DNA from: Actinomycetes bacterium
Lineage (GTDB): Bacteria; Actinomycetota; Acidimicrobiia; Acidimicrobiales; JABEUL01
DNA length: 64,000 nt
Assembly (NCBI GenBank): GCA_021852345.1
Contig: JAJZNL010000055.1
Span: 29,070-93,069, forward strand
Direction: 5' to 3'
Shown piece by piece: positions 1-9,586 of the stretch (position 1 is its first letter; every line of letters starts with the position of its first letter). The translations under genes were made by a program, and so were the position numbers. Below the pieces are notes generated by a model, which saw nothing but the letters and a program-made list of their open reading frames with translations, did not search any database and was not told where the DNA came from.

Positions 1-778
1 GCAGCCCAAACATCCTTGAGATCATCTTCACTTCCATTTCGCGATGCGGGAAAGGTCCCGGATCCTGTATTAATTTATCACGCTTAAGCGACTCGGTTAC
101 TTCAGCATCTTCTTCAAACGGTTTATCTGCGGACCCTTCAAAAAAGTTCGCCGACAGCGGTCGTCGAGGACGTTGACCGCCTGCTGCTGCCTCTTCGGCG
201 GGATAACCTAGAAGTTGAAGCCAAATAGGTATCCAACTGTCAGGTACGTGAAACATATCTTTTACCTTATCGGCTGCGGTAAATGCGTGAAGGCATGTAC
301 CCAACCCTTCATCTACAGCCGCCAGCAGGGCATTTGCGATCGCTTGACCTACTTCGATGGTTCCCATGAACATGGTAGCCATTTGATTATCTGCGATCGG
401 TTTTAATACCTGCGGCCATAAGAATTCGTCCACGTAAGCTTTCGACCATCCGTGTGAGGGCGTAAGCACATGATTCTCCACCAACTCTTTTAATCTATCT
501 GCTCCACCATTCGGATAATCCATGTCCAAATACCAAAAAATATAGACCGGAGCCAAATCCAAAGACGCAGTCGTAGTTGGATTTCGCAGCGCGTCAATTG
601 TCTCGGCCGGCAGTTCAGATCTCCTAACCACGATTGCTTTTGCATAATCTGCGTTCATCGATCTTGAACTCCGATTTGCGGCCTCAAAGATTTTTTGAAT
701 CTTCTCCCTTTCAACGGGTTGCCAGGGTCTGAAAAACCTAATGCTCCTCCTGGTTCCTGCGGCTTCTTTAAATTCCAT
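1..778 (-). CDS. Nitroreductase family protein; C-terminus runs off the window start
   Basis: Not in the ORF track because it has no stop in the window. Manual translation from ATG at 778-776, preceded by AAAGGAG, gives MEFKEAAGTRRSIRFFRPWQPVEREKIQKIFEAANRS... and stays open to position 1. The RRSIRxF N-terminal motif is typical of FMN nitroreductases. Confidence 0.7.
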   Translation of the reverse strand, partial: MEFKEAAGTRRSIRFFRPWQPVEREKIQKIFEAANRSSRSMNADYAKAIVVRRSELPAETIDALRNPTTTASLDLAPVYIFWYLDMDYPNGGADRLKELVENHVLTPSHGWSKAYVDEFLWPQVLKPIADNQMATMFMGTIEVGQAIANALLAAVDEGLGTCLHAFTAADKVKDMFHVPDSWIPIWLQLLGYPAEEAAAGGQRPRRPLSANFFEGSADKPFEEDAEVTESLKRDKLIQDPGPFPHREMEVKMISRMFGL

Positions 779-817
779 TGTTACTCCTTTAATTTAACTC
801 ATGCAAAACTTTAATGA

Positions 818-2092
818 CTATTTTGTCAAAATACTCACCACGGCTGCCGCAGCATCCGTACCCAAAAATCCCCCGCCATTTTCGGCCAAAGCAACTCTAG
901 CCTTGGGAACTTGCCTCTTGCCACAGTGTCCCCTCAGCTGTTCAGTAAGCTCAACAATTTGAGCACAGCCGGTAGCGCCTATTGGATGACCTTTAGAAAG
1001 AAGTCCCCCGCTCGTATTTACAGGTACTTTACCGCCTAGGAACGGAGCTCCGGAAGCCAAAAAAGCAGGACCTTCACCCTGTTTGGCCAACCCCAGTTCC
1101 TCGTAGAGCATCATTTCTGCAGGTGCGGCGGCATCGTGAACTTCTACCACATTTAAATCTTCGGGAGATACTCCGCTTAGCTCATAGGCTTTTTGAGCAC
1201 TATGCGTAGCTACGCTGTCTTCTCCTCCCATTCTGTCCCTTCCAGAAAGCACAACTGAAGCCCTAAGCTTTATCATTGGCACTCCGAGCTTTCTTGCAAC
1301 TTCTCTAGAAGTCAGTACAACCGCAGCCGCGCCGTCGCCGATAGGCGAACACATTAGCAAAGTCAACGGATTTGAAATCATTCTTGAATTAAGAACTTCC
1401 TCTACGGATACAACCTCTCTGTATTGCGCCTTCGGATTCAAAGCTCCGTTTGAATGATTTTTGGACGCGATCTTTGCGAAATCTTCTGCTGTGGCACCGC
1501 TTTGTTGCATATAAAGTTGAGCGGCAATCCCGTAAACGTCCATGAATGCAGACTTTTGCGATCCTCCATCACCCTCAGTCTGTTTCTTACTCTCTTTTGC
1601 CACCTGCCCTTGGACATTTTCACTCTTATTCTCCTTGGGATATCCAAGAAGAATCTTAGATATCGGTTCGCGAGCTACGCCGAAGTCCTCTAAGTCGACT
1701 GCCGTACCAATTGCCGTAAGCGATCTAATTTTTTCGGCATGAGTTAATTTTTCGGCTCCAATTGCGATTGCAATATCAACAGAACCCGAAGCTACCGCCA
1801 TTCTCGCCATAGATACTGCGCTACTTGAGGAAGCACAAGCATTTTCAACATTCACTATAGGGGCGCCCAAAAGTCCAGTATGGTGCAATGCAGACTGCCC
1901 TCTTATCATCTCCTGTCCGGTTATGACCCCTCCTACTGCATTGGCAAAAAATACCATTCCGACATCTTTTGGTTCAATCGAAGCATCTTTAAGCGCTTCT
2001 TGTAACGCCTCTTCGGCTAAATTCCGAATTGATTTATCGTAAAACTTTCCGAACGTCGTCATCCCGACTCCGGCCACGATTACGTCTCTCAT
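818..2092 (-). CDS. Thiolase-like acetyl-CoA acyltransferase (SCP-x / nonspecific lipid-transfer type)
   Basis: NVENACASSSSA (active-site Cys), and GHPIGATGC and ENGGGF near the C-terminus. A roughly 40 aa K/E/Q-rich segment (PKENKSENVQGQVAKESKKQTEGDGGSQKS) looks like an insertion. Confidence 0.85.
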   Translation of the reverse strand: MRDVIVAGVGMTTFGKFYDKSIRNLAEEALQEALKDASIEPKDVGMVFFANAVGGVITGQEMIRGQSALHHTGLLGAPIVNVENACASSSSAVSMARMAVASGSVDIAIAIGAEKLTHAEKIRSLTAIGTAVDLEDFGVAREPISKILLGYPKENKSENVQGQVAKESKKQTEGDGGSQKSAFMDVYGIAAQLYMQQSGATAEDFAKIASKNHSNGALNPKAQYREVVSVEEVLNSRMISNPLTLLMCSPIGDGAAAVVLTSREVARKLGVPMIKLRASVVLSGRDRMGGEDSVATHSAQKAYELSGVSPEDLNVVEVHDAAAPAEMMLYEELGLAKQGEGPAFLASGAPFLGGKVPVNTSGGLLSKGHPIGATGCAQIVELTEQLRGHCGKRQVPKARVALAENGGGFLGTDAAAAVVSILTK

Positions 2093-2113
2093 AACTATCT
2101 CCTAACTAAAATA

Positions 2114-3679
2114 TTAGACCTTATCAACAGCATTTTTAAAATCAAACGTTGTTGATTGAACTCCTCTTTCCTTCAAAACCTGATACTGAATTCGATGCGT
2201 GCCTGTCTTGGGTAATTCGTCCACAAATTCAATATACCTAGGAATTGCATGCTTTGCCATTTTATTGTTGCAGTATTCAATAACCTCTTTATATTCGAGG
2301 GTTGTATCTGGCTGCAGCACTATACAGACCATAACTTCGTCTTCTCCCAGTTCCGAAGGCACACCGAATGCCGCAGATTCCAATATCGAATCATGTTGAT
2401 TTAAAATTGTCTCTATCTCCCACGCAGATATGTTTTCGCCCAAACGCCTAATGGATTCCTTCTTGCGACCGTGATAATAAAAAAAACCTTCTTCATTCAT
2501 TTGGGCTAAATCTCCAGTGTGAAACCATCCGTTTCTGTTGGCCCATTCCGTTTCTTTCGGAAGATTATGATAACTGGTTTGAGGTCCGCTTGGACTCTTA
2601 AAGACCAGCTCTCCTACCGTATTGGGAGGGAGAATATTGTCAGAATCGTCAACCACATTAAATTCATATGATCCCAACGGTTTTCCCATAGAGCCAACCT
2701 TGCCCACATCATTTAGCAATAATCCGGGCGCGTCAATCATACCGTAAAACTCAACTATTTTCACGCCAAAGCGTTCTTCAAACTGCTGCCACCTATCCGA
2801 AGGACATCCTGCAGACAAGACTGTTCTGACATTGTGATCACGATCATTTTCTCTGGGCGGTTGCTTTAAAAGAATACTTATCATTCCCCCCAAAACATTG
2901 AACTCGACTGCATCATATTTTCGCAAGTCATCAAAAAACCTAGAAGCCGAGAATTTTTTTGCCAACGCCAATCGCGCACTCAAAACGATTGAACCCAATG
3001 CCGACACCAACAAAGCGTTGCCGTGGAACAGCGGAAGTGCCGTATACATTGTTTCTCCTGGTTTAACGCCCATGGCCATCAAAAGCGCAGCCGCTCCCGT
3101 ATTACTGTCAGAGGATTGGTTAACTACACCTTTTGGAGGACCGGTCGTTCCCGAAGTATACAAAAGTCCGCTGACGCTTCCCGGATCCGACGTGTCTATC
3201 TGAGGCTCTTGCGCCGGGAACTCCATAATTTTGTCAAATGAAACCCTGCCAGCGAAGGTATCGGTATCCTTGGTAATATCGGCTACGATTATGTGTTTGA
3301 GAAATTCAAGCTCTGACTTCATCCCAAGCAAATAAGGCAGGAAATCCGGCTCGGTGATAATTGCAACAGCTCTTGAGTCATTAAGGTAATGCTGTAACGT
3401 TACCGATCTCTGTGCGGTATTTATCGGAACCGACGTAACTCCTATAAAAGTACAAGCAAAATGACTCCACAAAAATTCGGGTCTGTTGGTCATCATGATG
3501 GCGACATGATCTTTAGGTTTAATCCCTAAATCAATTAAACCGTTTGCAACCTTAAAACAGTTATCTACGGTTACCTGCCAGCTAAACTGTTGATCTTCAA
3601 AAAGCAGCCAGATGTCATTCGGATTTTGCGAGGCATGTTGCCTCAAAAATATCTCGACTATTCCCTGCGGTCTGCTCAT
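2114..3679 (-). CDS. AMP-dependent acyl-CoA synthetase/ligase
   Basis: YTSGTTGPPKGV AMP-binding motif and GWFHTGD motif. 4 nt overlap with the upstream acyl-CoA dehydrogenase. Confidence 0.9.
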   Translation of the reverse strand: MSRPQGIVEIFLRQHASQNPNDIWLLFEDQQFSWQVTVDNCFKVANGLIDLGIKPKDHVAIMMTNRPEFLWSHFACTFIGVTSVPINTAQRSVTLQHYLNDSRAVAIITEPDFLPYLLGMKSELEFLKHIIVADITKDTDTFAGRVSFDKIMEFPAQEPQIDTSDPGSVSGLLYTSGTTGPPKGVVNQSSDSNTGAAALLMAMGVKPGETMYTALPLFHGNALLVSALGSIVLSARLALAKKFSASRFFDDLRKYDAVEFNVLGGMISILLKQPPRENDRDHNVRTVLSAGCPSDRWQQFEERFGVKIVEFYGMIDAPGLLLNDVGKVGSMGKPLGSYEFNVVDDSDNILPPNTVGELVFKSPSGPQTSYHNLPKETEWANRNGWFHTGDLAQMNEEGFFYYHGRKKESIRRLGENISAWEIETILNQHDSILESAAFGVPSELGEDEVMVCIVLQPDTTLEYKEVIEYCNNKMAKHAIPRYIEFVDELPKTGTHRIQYQVLKERGVQSTTFDFKNAVDKV

Positions 3680-4968
3680 ATTTTGTAACTTTCTATAATT
3701 TGCTTGGCTCCGACCAATCCTAAAAATTCATTGACCCCATCTTCAATTAAGGCTGCTCGTGCATCCCTAAACAACTTTTCTATTACGGTTTCTTTGGCAA
3801 GTCCCATTCCGCCGAATACTTGAATCGAATTGTGAGAAACTTCGTATGCAATTTGGGTGGATGTCACTTTAGAAGCTATGCAGTGCGCTAAAGCCGGAAG
3901 GTGCGCAGTTGGATCTGCCAAATTATTTAATATATCCGTTGCCGCATTAATTGCGTTGTTCAAGAATGCTTGTTTAGAATATATATTTGCCATTTGAACC
4001 ATCTTAAACATGTCAAACAATTTCCCTTGAATCATTTGATGATCCGCAATAGTCTTTCCCCCTTGAACTCTGTTCCTGGAATAGTCAAGAGCTTCTTCAA
4101 ACGCAGCTCTTGCCAAACCGCTAAAGATAACTCCCATTCCCGAGTTTGCCGAAGCCAATGTTGCTCTAAGTAGCACGGGATAAAGTTCCGGACCTCCAAG
4201 TAAAAATCCGGCTGGGACTCTGACGTCGTCAAAGTAAATCTCACCTTGATTTAGTGCACGCTGCCCAAGTTTATCTAAGGCATTACCTCGTTTGACATTC
4301 GAACCGTCCAAAGGAACAATAAATACCCCGCCTCCAGCCATCCCTAAGGTAGGTTCGATTGTACAAAACAGCAGAGCATGAGTGGCTATTGTACCGTTTG
4401 ACACCCAAGCCGATTTTTGACCGCTTATTATCCAATCCGATCCGTCTTGACGTGCGCGACAGTTACCCGCCGTTTCCGGTTTATAGAAGGGATCCGTACC
4501 GACCCCCAAAGTGTCAGAGCCGTGACCGGGCTCCGTAATGGCCCAGCATCCGATTATCTTACCTTCTCGGTCTTTATGGAACGGCTCGATAATTTCATCA
4601 AGTAGTTGCTGATTTCCCATGAGAGTTGCAATAGGAGTGGCCAATTCGAATGGAAAGCCTGCGACTCCAAGACTAATAGCCAAATCAGCAGCCCCCCACC
4701 CGAGTTCTTCAAATACTATGCAGTTCGCATAAAGGTTTGACGATGCCCCGATGTCCGCTGAAGCCACCTGAGTACTAACGTGATTTGCTTGTCCGTACCA
4801 TGTCCTAAAAACATCCCAGAGTACCGAGTCTTTGGCGATTACGGACTGGGGATCCAACTTATCAAGCTTTAAACTGGCTGGTCTTAAAACATCTTTTGCG
4901 AATCGATGAGTTTCCTGCCGTACCTGTTGTTCTTCTTCAGTTTCCGGACCCTCTAATTTAAAAGCCAT
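3676..4968 (-). CDS. Acyl-CoA dehydrogenase
   Basis: 430 aa. C-terminal QVFGGMGLAKETVIEKLFRDARAALIEDG matches the ACAD C-terminal domain pattern. First gene of the operon. Confidence 0.85.
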   Translation of the reverse strand: MAFKLEGPETEEEQQVRQETHRFAKDVLRPASLKLDKLDPQSVIAKDSVLWDVFRTWYGQANHVSTQVASADIGASSNLYANCIVFEELGWGAADLAISLGVAGFPFELATPIATLMGNQQLLDEIIEPFHKDREGKIIGCWAITEPGHGSDTLGVGTDPFYKPETAGNCRARQDGSDWIISGQKSAWVSNGTIATHALLFCTIEPTLGMAGGGVFIVPLDGSNVKRGNALDKLGQRALNQGEIYFDDVRVPAGFLLGGPELYPVLLRATLASANSGMGVIFSGLARAAFEEALDYSRNRVQGGKTIADHQMIQGKLFDMFKMVQMANIYSKQAFLNNAINAATDILNNLADPTAHLPALAHCIASKVTSTQIAYEVSHNSIQVFGGMGLAKETVIEKLFRDARAALIEDGVNEFLGLVGAKQIIESYKI

Positions 4969-5305
4969 ATTGCAACCTCACTTAGTTTATTTAAATTTTT
5001 ATTTAAATTTAAATAACATTAATCGAAACTAAATTTTTTTTAGACTTATGCCTGTCGATAAACCGCCACGGTTAATTCAAAGCATAAGGCATCATAAGTA
5101 CATGCTATTCAAATACGGGTTTAATTTATAGGGGATAAAGTCACTTATTAAAGAGCCGATTCTTATAGCAAATCTACAAAAACAGAAATTTACAAATTAA
5201 AGTTTAGATACCATGTGCCCAATATGACAATTTGTAAAACGTTCTTAACAGCTTCCTTGATCCCTTAATACTACACACATAATTAAAAATCGACCGACCA
5301 GACTA

Positions 5306-5674
5306 TTAACCAGTCGAATCATTATTTGTGACATTTATGGCATTTGTGGCGGATGCTTCAACGCTATTTATGGATAGTCTTTCTTTCAAAGAAGAAGACT
5401 GAGATTTCTTCTCCCACACAGGTTCGGGTTCTTGAATTTCAGGAGTTTTCAACCTAAATATCCAACGAATCACTAGTTTTATGATCTTAGGGTTAAAAGC
5501 CAGTTTTATCATAGAGCCCATGTCTTCTGAACGAATTCTTATTGTAGTTTCCCACGTGACTGGGGCATGAGTAACTCCGCTCAAGACAACTTCTTTTGAT
5601 TCGGTGGTGACTTTAAACTCACCCAAATTTAACTGAAGTTCGCGTTTTCCCAAGCCTCTGGATTTAATTCTCAT
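5306..5674 (-). CDS. Hypothetical protein (orphan, 122 aa)
   Basis: ORF only, with no recognisable motif. Sits in an AT-rich spacer. S/T/N-rich C-terminal tail. Confidence 0.4.
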   Translation of the reverse strand: MRIKSRGLGKRELQLNLGEFKVTTESKEVVLSGVTHAPVTWETTIRIRSEDMGSMIKLAFNPKIIKLVIRWIFRLKTPEIQEPEPVWEKKSQSSSLKERLSINSVEASATNAINVTNNDSTG

Positions 5675-5838
5675 AAGTTAGATTGCCTTTCATTAAATTA
5701 CGATTCGTATATACTTTTTAAACTCAAGTTAAAGTTATTTTTTTTCAGCCGTCAGACACTTTTAATGATTAAGTACTATCTTGCCCGACGCAAATCCCTT
5801 TACCCTATATCAAAGGTACTTATTTCGCCACTTTTAAG

Positions 5839-6234
5839 TCAAGTTGCAAATTTAAAGTGATCCAAATAATACTTACCAACTTGGCCGCCTTCGTCGCTTC
5901 CAAAAATACGTGTTAAGCAAGTATGAACTGACACGTATTCTTTAATCCATAGAATAGCGCTATTGTTGTTTTCGACTTTTCCATTGTTGGCTGCAATTCG
6001 ACGGCTACCAGTGGCATATTGACTTCTTTGAAACAGAGAATCAGCAATACGGGTCTTTAGCTCCTTAAGTTTGACTATCTTGGCTTTTTGAGTTTTTCTT
6101 AGAATCGAAATATTAAATAAATTATCTGTTTTCTCGCTATCGAATTGAGTTGAGAGTCGCAAATTTAACCAATTTTGACTTTGTAAAGCAACTAAATCCA
6201 TGCCCAATGCGACATTAGACTTCATAATATACAT
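5839..6234 (-). CDS. Hypothetical protein (orphan, 131 aa)
   Basis: ORF only, no recognisable family. Alternative start MKSNV at 6225. Palindrome GGGACTaaAGTCCC lies about 30 bp upstream. Confidence 0.4.
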   Translation of the reverse strand: MYIMKSNVALGMDLVALQSQNWLNLRLSTQFDSEKTDNLFNISILRKTQKAKIVKLKELKTRIADSLFQRSQYATGSRRIAANNGKVENNNSAILWIKEYVSVHTCLTRIFGSDEGGQVGKYYLDHFKFAT

Positions 6235-6261
6235 GGTTATTTTAATACCTAAAAATAAATA

Positions 6262-6275
6262 GGGACTAAAGTCCC
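6262..6275. promoter_or_regulatory. Palindrome GGGACT-aa-AGTCCC upstream of orphan ORF 5839-6234
   Basis: Perfect 6 bp arms with a 2 nt spacer read directly. The spacer is too short for an RNA hairpin, so a DNA-binding site is more plausible. Confidence 0.25.
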
Positions 6276-6578
6276 AACTCTCAGGAAAATTACTTTAGAG
6301 CAACAAAATCGGTTACGTATTTAAAACTTACTGGTCATGACTCTCGCAAATCGGCAGTGATATTTATCGTCGGCAAAACAAATAAATTTATACTTAAATT
6401 TAATAGATTTGAATCCATCTCTTTGATGCCCGCCAAAATTTAGACGAGCTGGAATTACCTTTAGGTTGCCTGCATTGAGGTCTATATCGTGTCATCAATT
6501 CTGTTTTACTAACTAAACTAAATACATTAGAGATACAAGTAAGTTTTAAGTCGAATTTGTAATTGCATTAGGTCAAAA

Positions 6579-7868
6579 GTGATTCAAATTCGATATTCGT
6601 CTTTCGCTTGTCAATATCAGCCTAACTCAATTCCAACAATAAATACAGTAGTGACCATCAACAAGCAAACTCAAAATGAACCTGAAACAATAAGCTCAAC
6701 TGGATTGAGCCCAGGAATTATATTTCTGCTGGCATTGGCAACTGGGGTCGCCGTGGCCAATACATACTACGTTCAGCCATTGTTACATGAACTGGTTAAA
6801 ACCTTTAATTCTGGTAACGCCATAACTTCCCTTGCCGTCACCGCAACTCAAATCGGTTATGCCTTTGGGCTGCTGCTTTTAGTTCCTCTGGGAGACATCA
6901 TATCCAGAAAAAAACTTTCAGGAATCATTACCGCCGTTACGGTGATTTCATTAATTTCAAGCGCACTGGCCAAATCAATATTTATGTTCGAGCTAAGTGC
7001 GATAGTTGTAGGGCTTACTTCGGTTATAACACATCTGTTAATACCGTTCGCCGCCGACATGGCCAACCCCGTTAACCGTGGAAAGGTTGTGGCCAGAGTA
7101 ATGTCCGGACTTTTAACCGGCATTCTCGTTTCACGGGGTTTTTCCGGAATTATTGCTCAATTTTTTGGATGGAGAACGGTGTATTTCTTGGCATCGATTT
7201 TTATGGCGATAGTTGGAATTCTTTTGGCTACATTCTTGCCACGCGAACATCGATCTCATAAGCCAAAATACACCGACCTTATCATTTCGACTTGGAAGCT
7301 TTTTTTCAATGAGCCACTACTTCAAAGGCGAGCCTTTATTGGAGCGACTACATTTGCAGGTTTTTCAATACTTTGGACATCAATCACGTTCTTGCTTACT
7401 TCCAAGCCCTACAACTATTCAGTCGGAATCGTCGGAATTTTCTCGCTGGTAGGTTTAGTAGGCATTGCCGCAGCAAATATTGCCGGAAGATTCGTTGACA
7501 AGGGCAAACAAAAAATGTCAACTTGGATCGCCGCTGTTGAACTGTTCGTTGCCTTTCTTATTTTATACTGGGGGACTACTTCGATAATAGCCGTTATAGC
7601 CGGAATAGTAATTTTAGATGCTTCAACGCAGACGATGCAGATTACCAATCAAGGAATTATCTTTTCAATCAGTGAACAATCACGCAGCAGAATTAACTCA
7701 TCGTACATGTTCTGCTATTTTATGGGAGCTTCCGTGGGATCTCTACTGTCAGGATTAACGTATCAAAGATTTGGCTGGCGGGGAATTTGCTCATTGGGTA
7801 TCGTATGTGCTTTACTTACCGCTTTAGGGTCAGCTAAACAGAAGTTACCTCAAGATACTATTCTTTAA
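6579..7868 (+). CDS. MFS transporter (12-TM type)
   Basis: Hydrophobic helices throughout. PLGDIISRKKL matches the MFS loop 2-3 motif. GTG start is uncertain; the true start may be downstream. Confidence 0.8.
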   Translation: MIQIRYSSFACQYQPNSIPTINTVVTINKQTQNEPETISSTGLSPGIIFLLALATGVAVANTYYVQPLLHELVKTFNSGNAITSLAVTATQIGYAFGLLLLVPLGDIISRKKLSGIITAVTVISLISSALAKSIFMFELSAIVVGLTSVITHLLIPFAADMANPVNRGKVVARVMSGLLTGILVSRGFSGIIAQFFGWRTVYFLASIFMAIVGILLATFLPREHRSHKPKYTDLIISTWKLFFNEPLLQRRAFIGATTFAGFSILWTSITFLLTSKPYNYSVGIVGIFSLVGLVGIAAANIAGRFVDKGKQKMSTWIAAVELFVAFLILYWGTTSIIAVIAGIVILDASTQTMQITNQGIIFSISEQSRSRINSSYMFCYFMGASVGSLLSGLTYQRFGWRGICSLGIVCALLTALGSAKQKLPQDTIL

Positions 7869-7885
7869 TACTGCATTTAGCCGAA

Positions 7886-9406
7886 TCAATAAGAGTCGTT
7901 GTCACTACTCAATTTCAATAATAACTCTTGAAGTGATTTTGGTTGACTGCTAAACCAAACGCCAAATCCGATAACTCCGTTTTCTTGTTTTATGTGCCTA
8001 ACCACGGTACCTTCAATGTCCAATACACCCGAATCGATGTCGATTTCAGCGTCAATCACATCACCGCATTCATACCAAAAACTGTCAATTTGTGATATTA
8101 ATGCGCCCGTCGTGGAAAGATCAACCAATTTACCTTTTTTATCATTAATTTTTATTGGCAAATCCACAAAGACTCTGTCGGCGGATCGCCTGTTAATAAT
8201 TTTTAATTTATTATATTTGGGCAATAGGAGCTCGATCTGTCCAGTCGATTCACGGTAGGTGCGATCAAGAATTTGAAATGCCCTGGTTGCGGCCGCATCC
8301 CAAGTAAGTTGTGAGGAATGCCTAAGGGCGCCAACTGATAATTGTTTGGACAACTCCCTATCTGTAGTTACCTGTACTAGACATTCAACAAACTGTTCTA
8401 GCGTGTCAAACAAAAACCCTGTCTCTCCGTCTACGACTGCATCCATGTGACCAGGTATTCTTGAAGCCACACTTAAAGTGCCGCAAGCGCCCGCCTCTGT
8501 TAGAGTCATACCCCAACCTTCTCTCATGGATGCTGAAACTACAGCCCACGCTCTTCTGTAGTAGCTTACAAGTTGGGAATCTGATATTTTACCAGCCAAC
8601 TTGCACCACGAAGAAGCATCGAGCTCATCAATAAGTTTATAAAGATCCGGTTTTGCGGCTCCCTCGCCAGCTATAACTAATTGCGCATTAGGTACTCGCT
8701 TACGCAGTTGATTAACCGCATTTATAACCCAATCATATCTTTTAACTTCAACAAGTCTTCCGACGGCAAAAATCAAAGGGTACTCAGACTTTTGACCCTG
8801 CGGGCGGAACCGTGAATTAACACCTGGGTGAACCACGTTGACATGATAATCCGGCCAACCCAGCAGATCAATGACTTCATCTGCCGAACTAGTTGACGGT
8901 GTGATTACCCTGGTATTTCTATAAAATTTGGGTGCAACTTTTTTCTCAAAATATGCCCCAACGTCGGCAAGCCCTATGGGTAGTACAGAACGCCAAAGTG
9001 CCTTTTCGTGTACATGGTGCAATATGACAACTCTCGGCCCCTTTGACCAGATCGGCGACAAGAATGGCATGCCGTTCCAAATCTCAACCAAAACATCGGC
9101 TTCAGGCATTCTTCCAATTAATCCGTCGATAACTGTTTGCCCAAAAACGCTGTATTTACTGGATTTACGAATAATCTTGTATCCGTCTCTCATCCCAACG
9201 GAATCATTATTGTCGGTGCTGGCGGTTCTCATAGTAACTTCCAGACCGGCCTCAGCCCACCTTTTTGCTATTTCATGTGCGTGAATTTCAGAGCCGCCGG
9301 CGGTAACATCTTCTAAGTCACGCCAAGCTACGATCGTAATTTTTCTTATACTCGACTGCTCTACCAGGTCTTTCAAAGACACCGGTTCAAACTTTTCCTT
9401 GGTCAA
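7886..9406 (-). CDS. GT4-family glycosyltransferase fused to a C-terminal PilZ (c-di-GMP-binding) domain
   Basis: GT-B/GT4 features: GGSEIHAHEIAKRW and the EX7E motif REGWGMTLTE (E296-E304). The last ~100 aa carry RRSADR (residues 406-411, nt 8174-8191) and DLSTTG (residues 429-434), i.e. canonical RxxxR and DxSxxG. TTG start. Confidence 0.8.
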   Translation of the reverse strand: MTKEKFEPVSLKDLVEQSSIRKITIVAWRDLEDVTAGGSEIHAHEIAKRWAEAGLEVTMRTASTDNNDSVGMRDGYKIIRKSSKYSVFGQTVIDGLIGRMPEADVLVEIWNGMPFLSPIWSKGPRVVILHHVHEKALWRSVLPIGLADVGAYFEKKVAPKFYRNTRVITPSTSSADEVIDLLGWPDYHVNVVHPGVNSRFRPQGQKSEYPLIFAVGRLVEVKRYDWVINAVNQLRKRVPNAQLVIAGEGAAKPDLYKLIDELDASSWCKLAGKISDSQLVSYYRRAWAVVSASMREGWGMTLTEAGACGTLSVASRIPGHMDAVVDGETGFLFDTLEQFVECLVQVTTDRELSKQLSVGALRHSSQLTWDAAATRAFQILDRTYRESTGQIELLLPKYNKLKIINRRSADRVFVDLPIKINDKKGKLVDLSTTGALISQIDSFWYECGDVIDAEIDIDSGVLDIEGTVVRHIKQENGVIGFGVWFSSQPKSLQELLLKLSSDNDSY

Positions 9407-9586
9407 CCTAACCTAACCTGAATTGGAAAACGAGACTAATTCCCTTAAAAATTGCTACACATTTAATCTCGCTTAGTAATTTAAAGTTACAGCAAACAAT
9501 CACTTCAAGCAATATCTTAGTTTAAAATAAATACTAAACTGCAACGCAAAATCAAGGTTTAATCTGCTTAATTATAATTTACATAA

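Noticed and set aside
5306-5674. Possible degenerate PilZ domain in the 122 aa orphan, based on an N-terminal RIKSR that fits RxxxR.
   Set aside because: No D/NxSxxG motif follows (the closest is VLSGV), and RxxxR alone is too weak. It is left as hypothetical.
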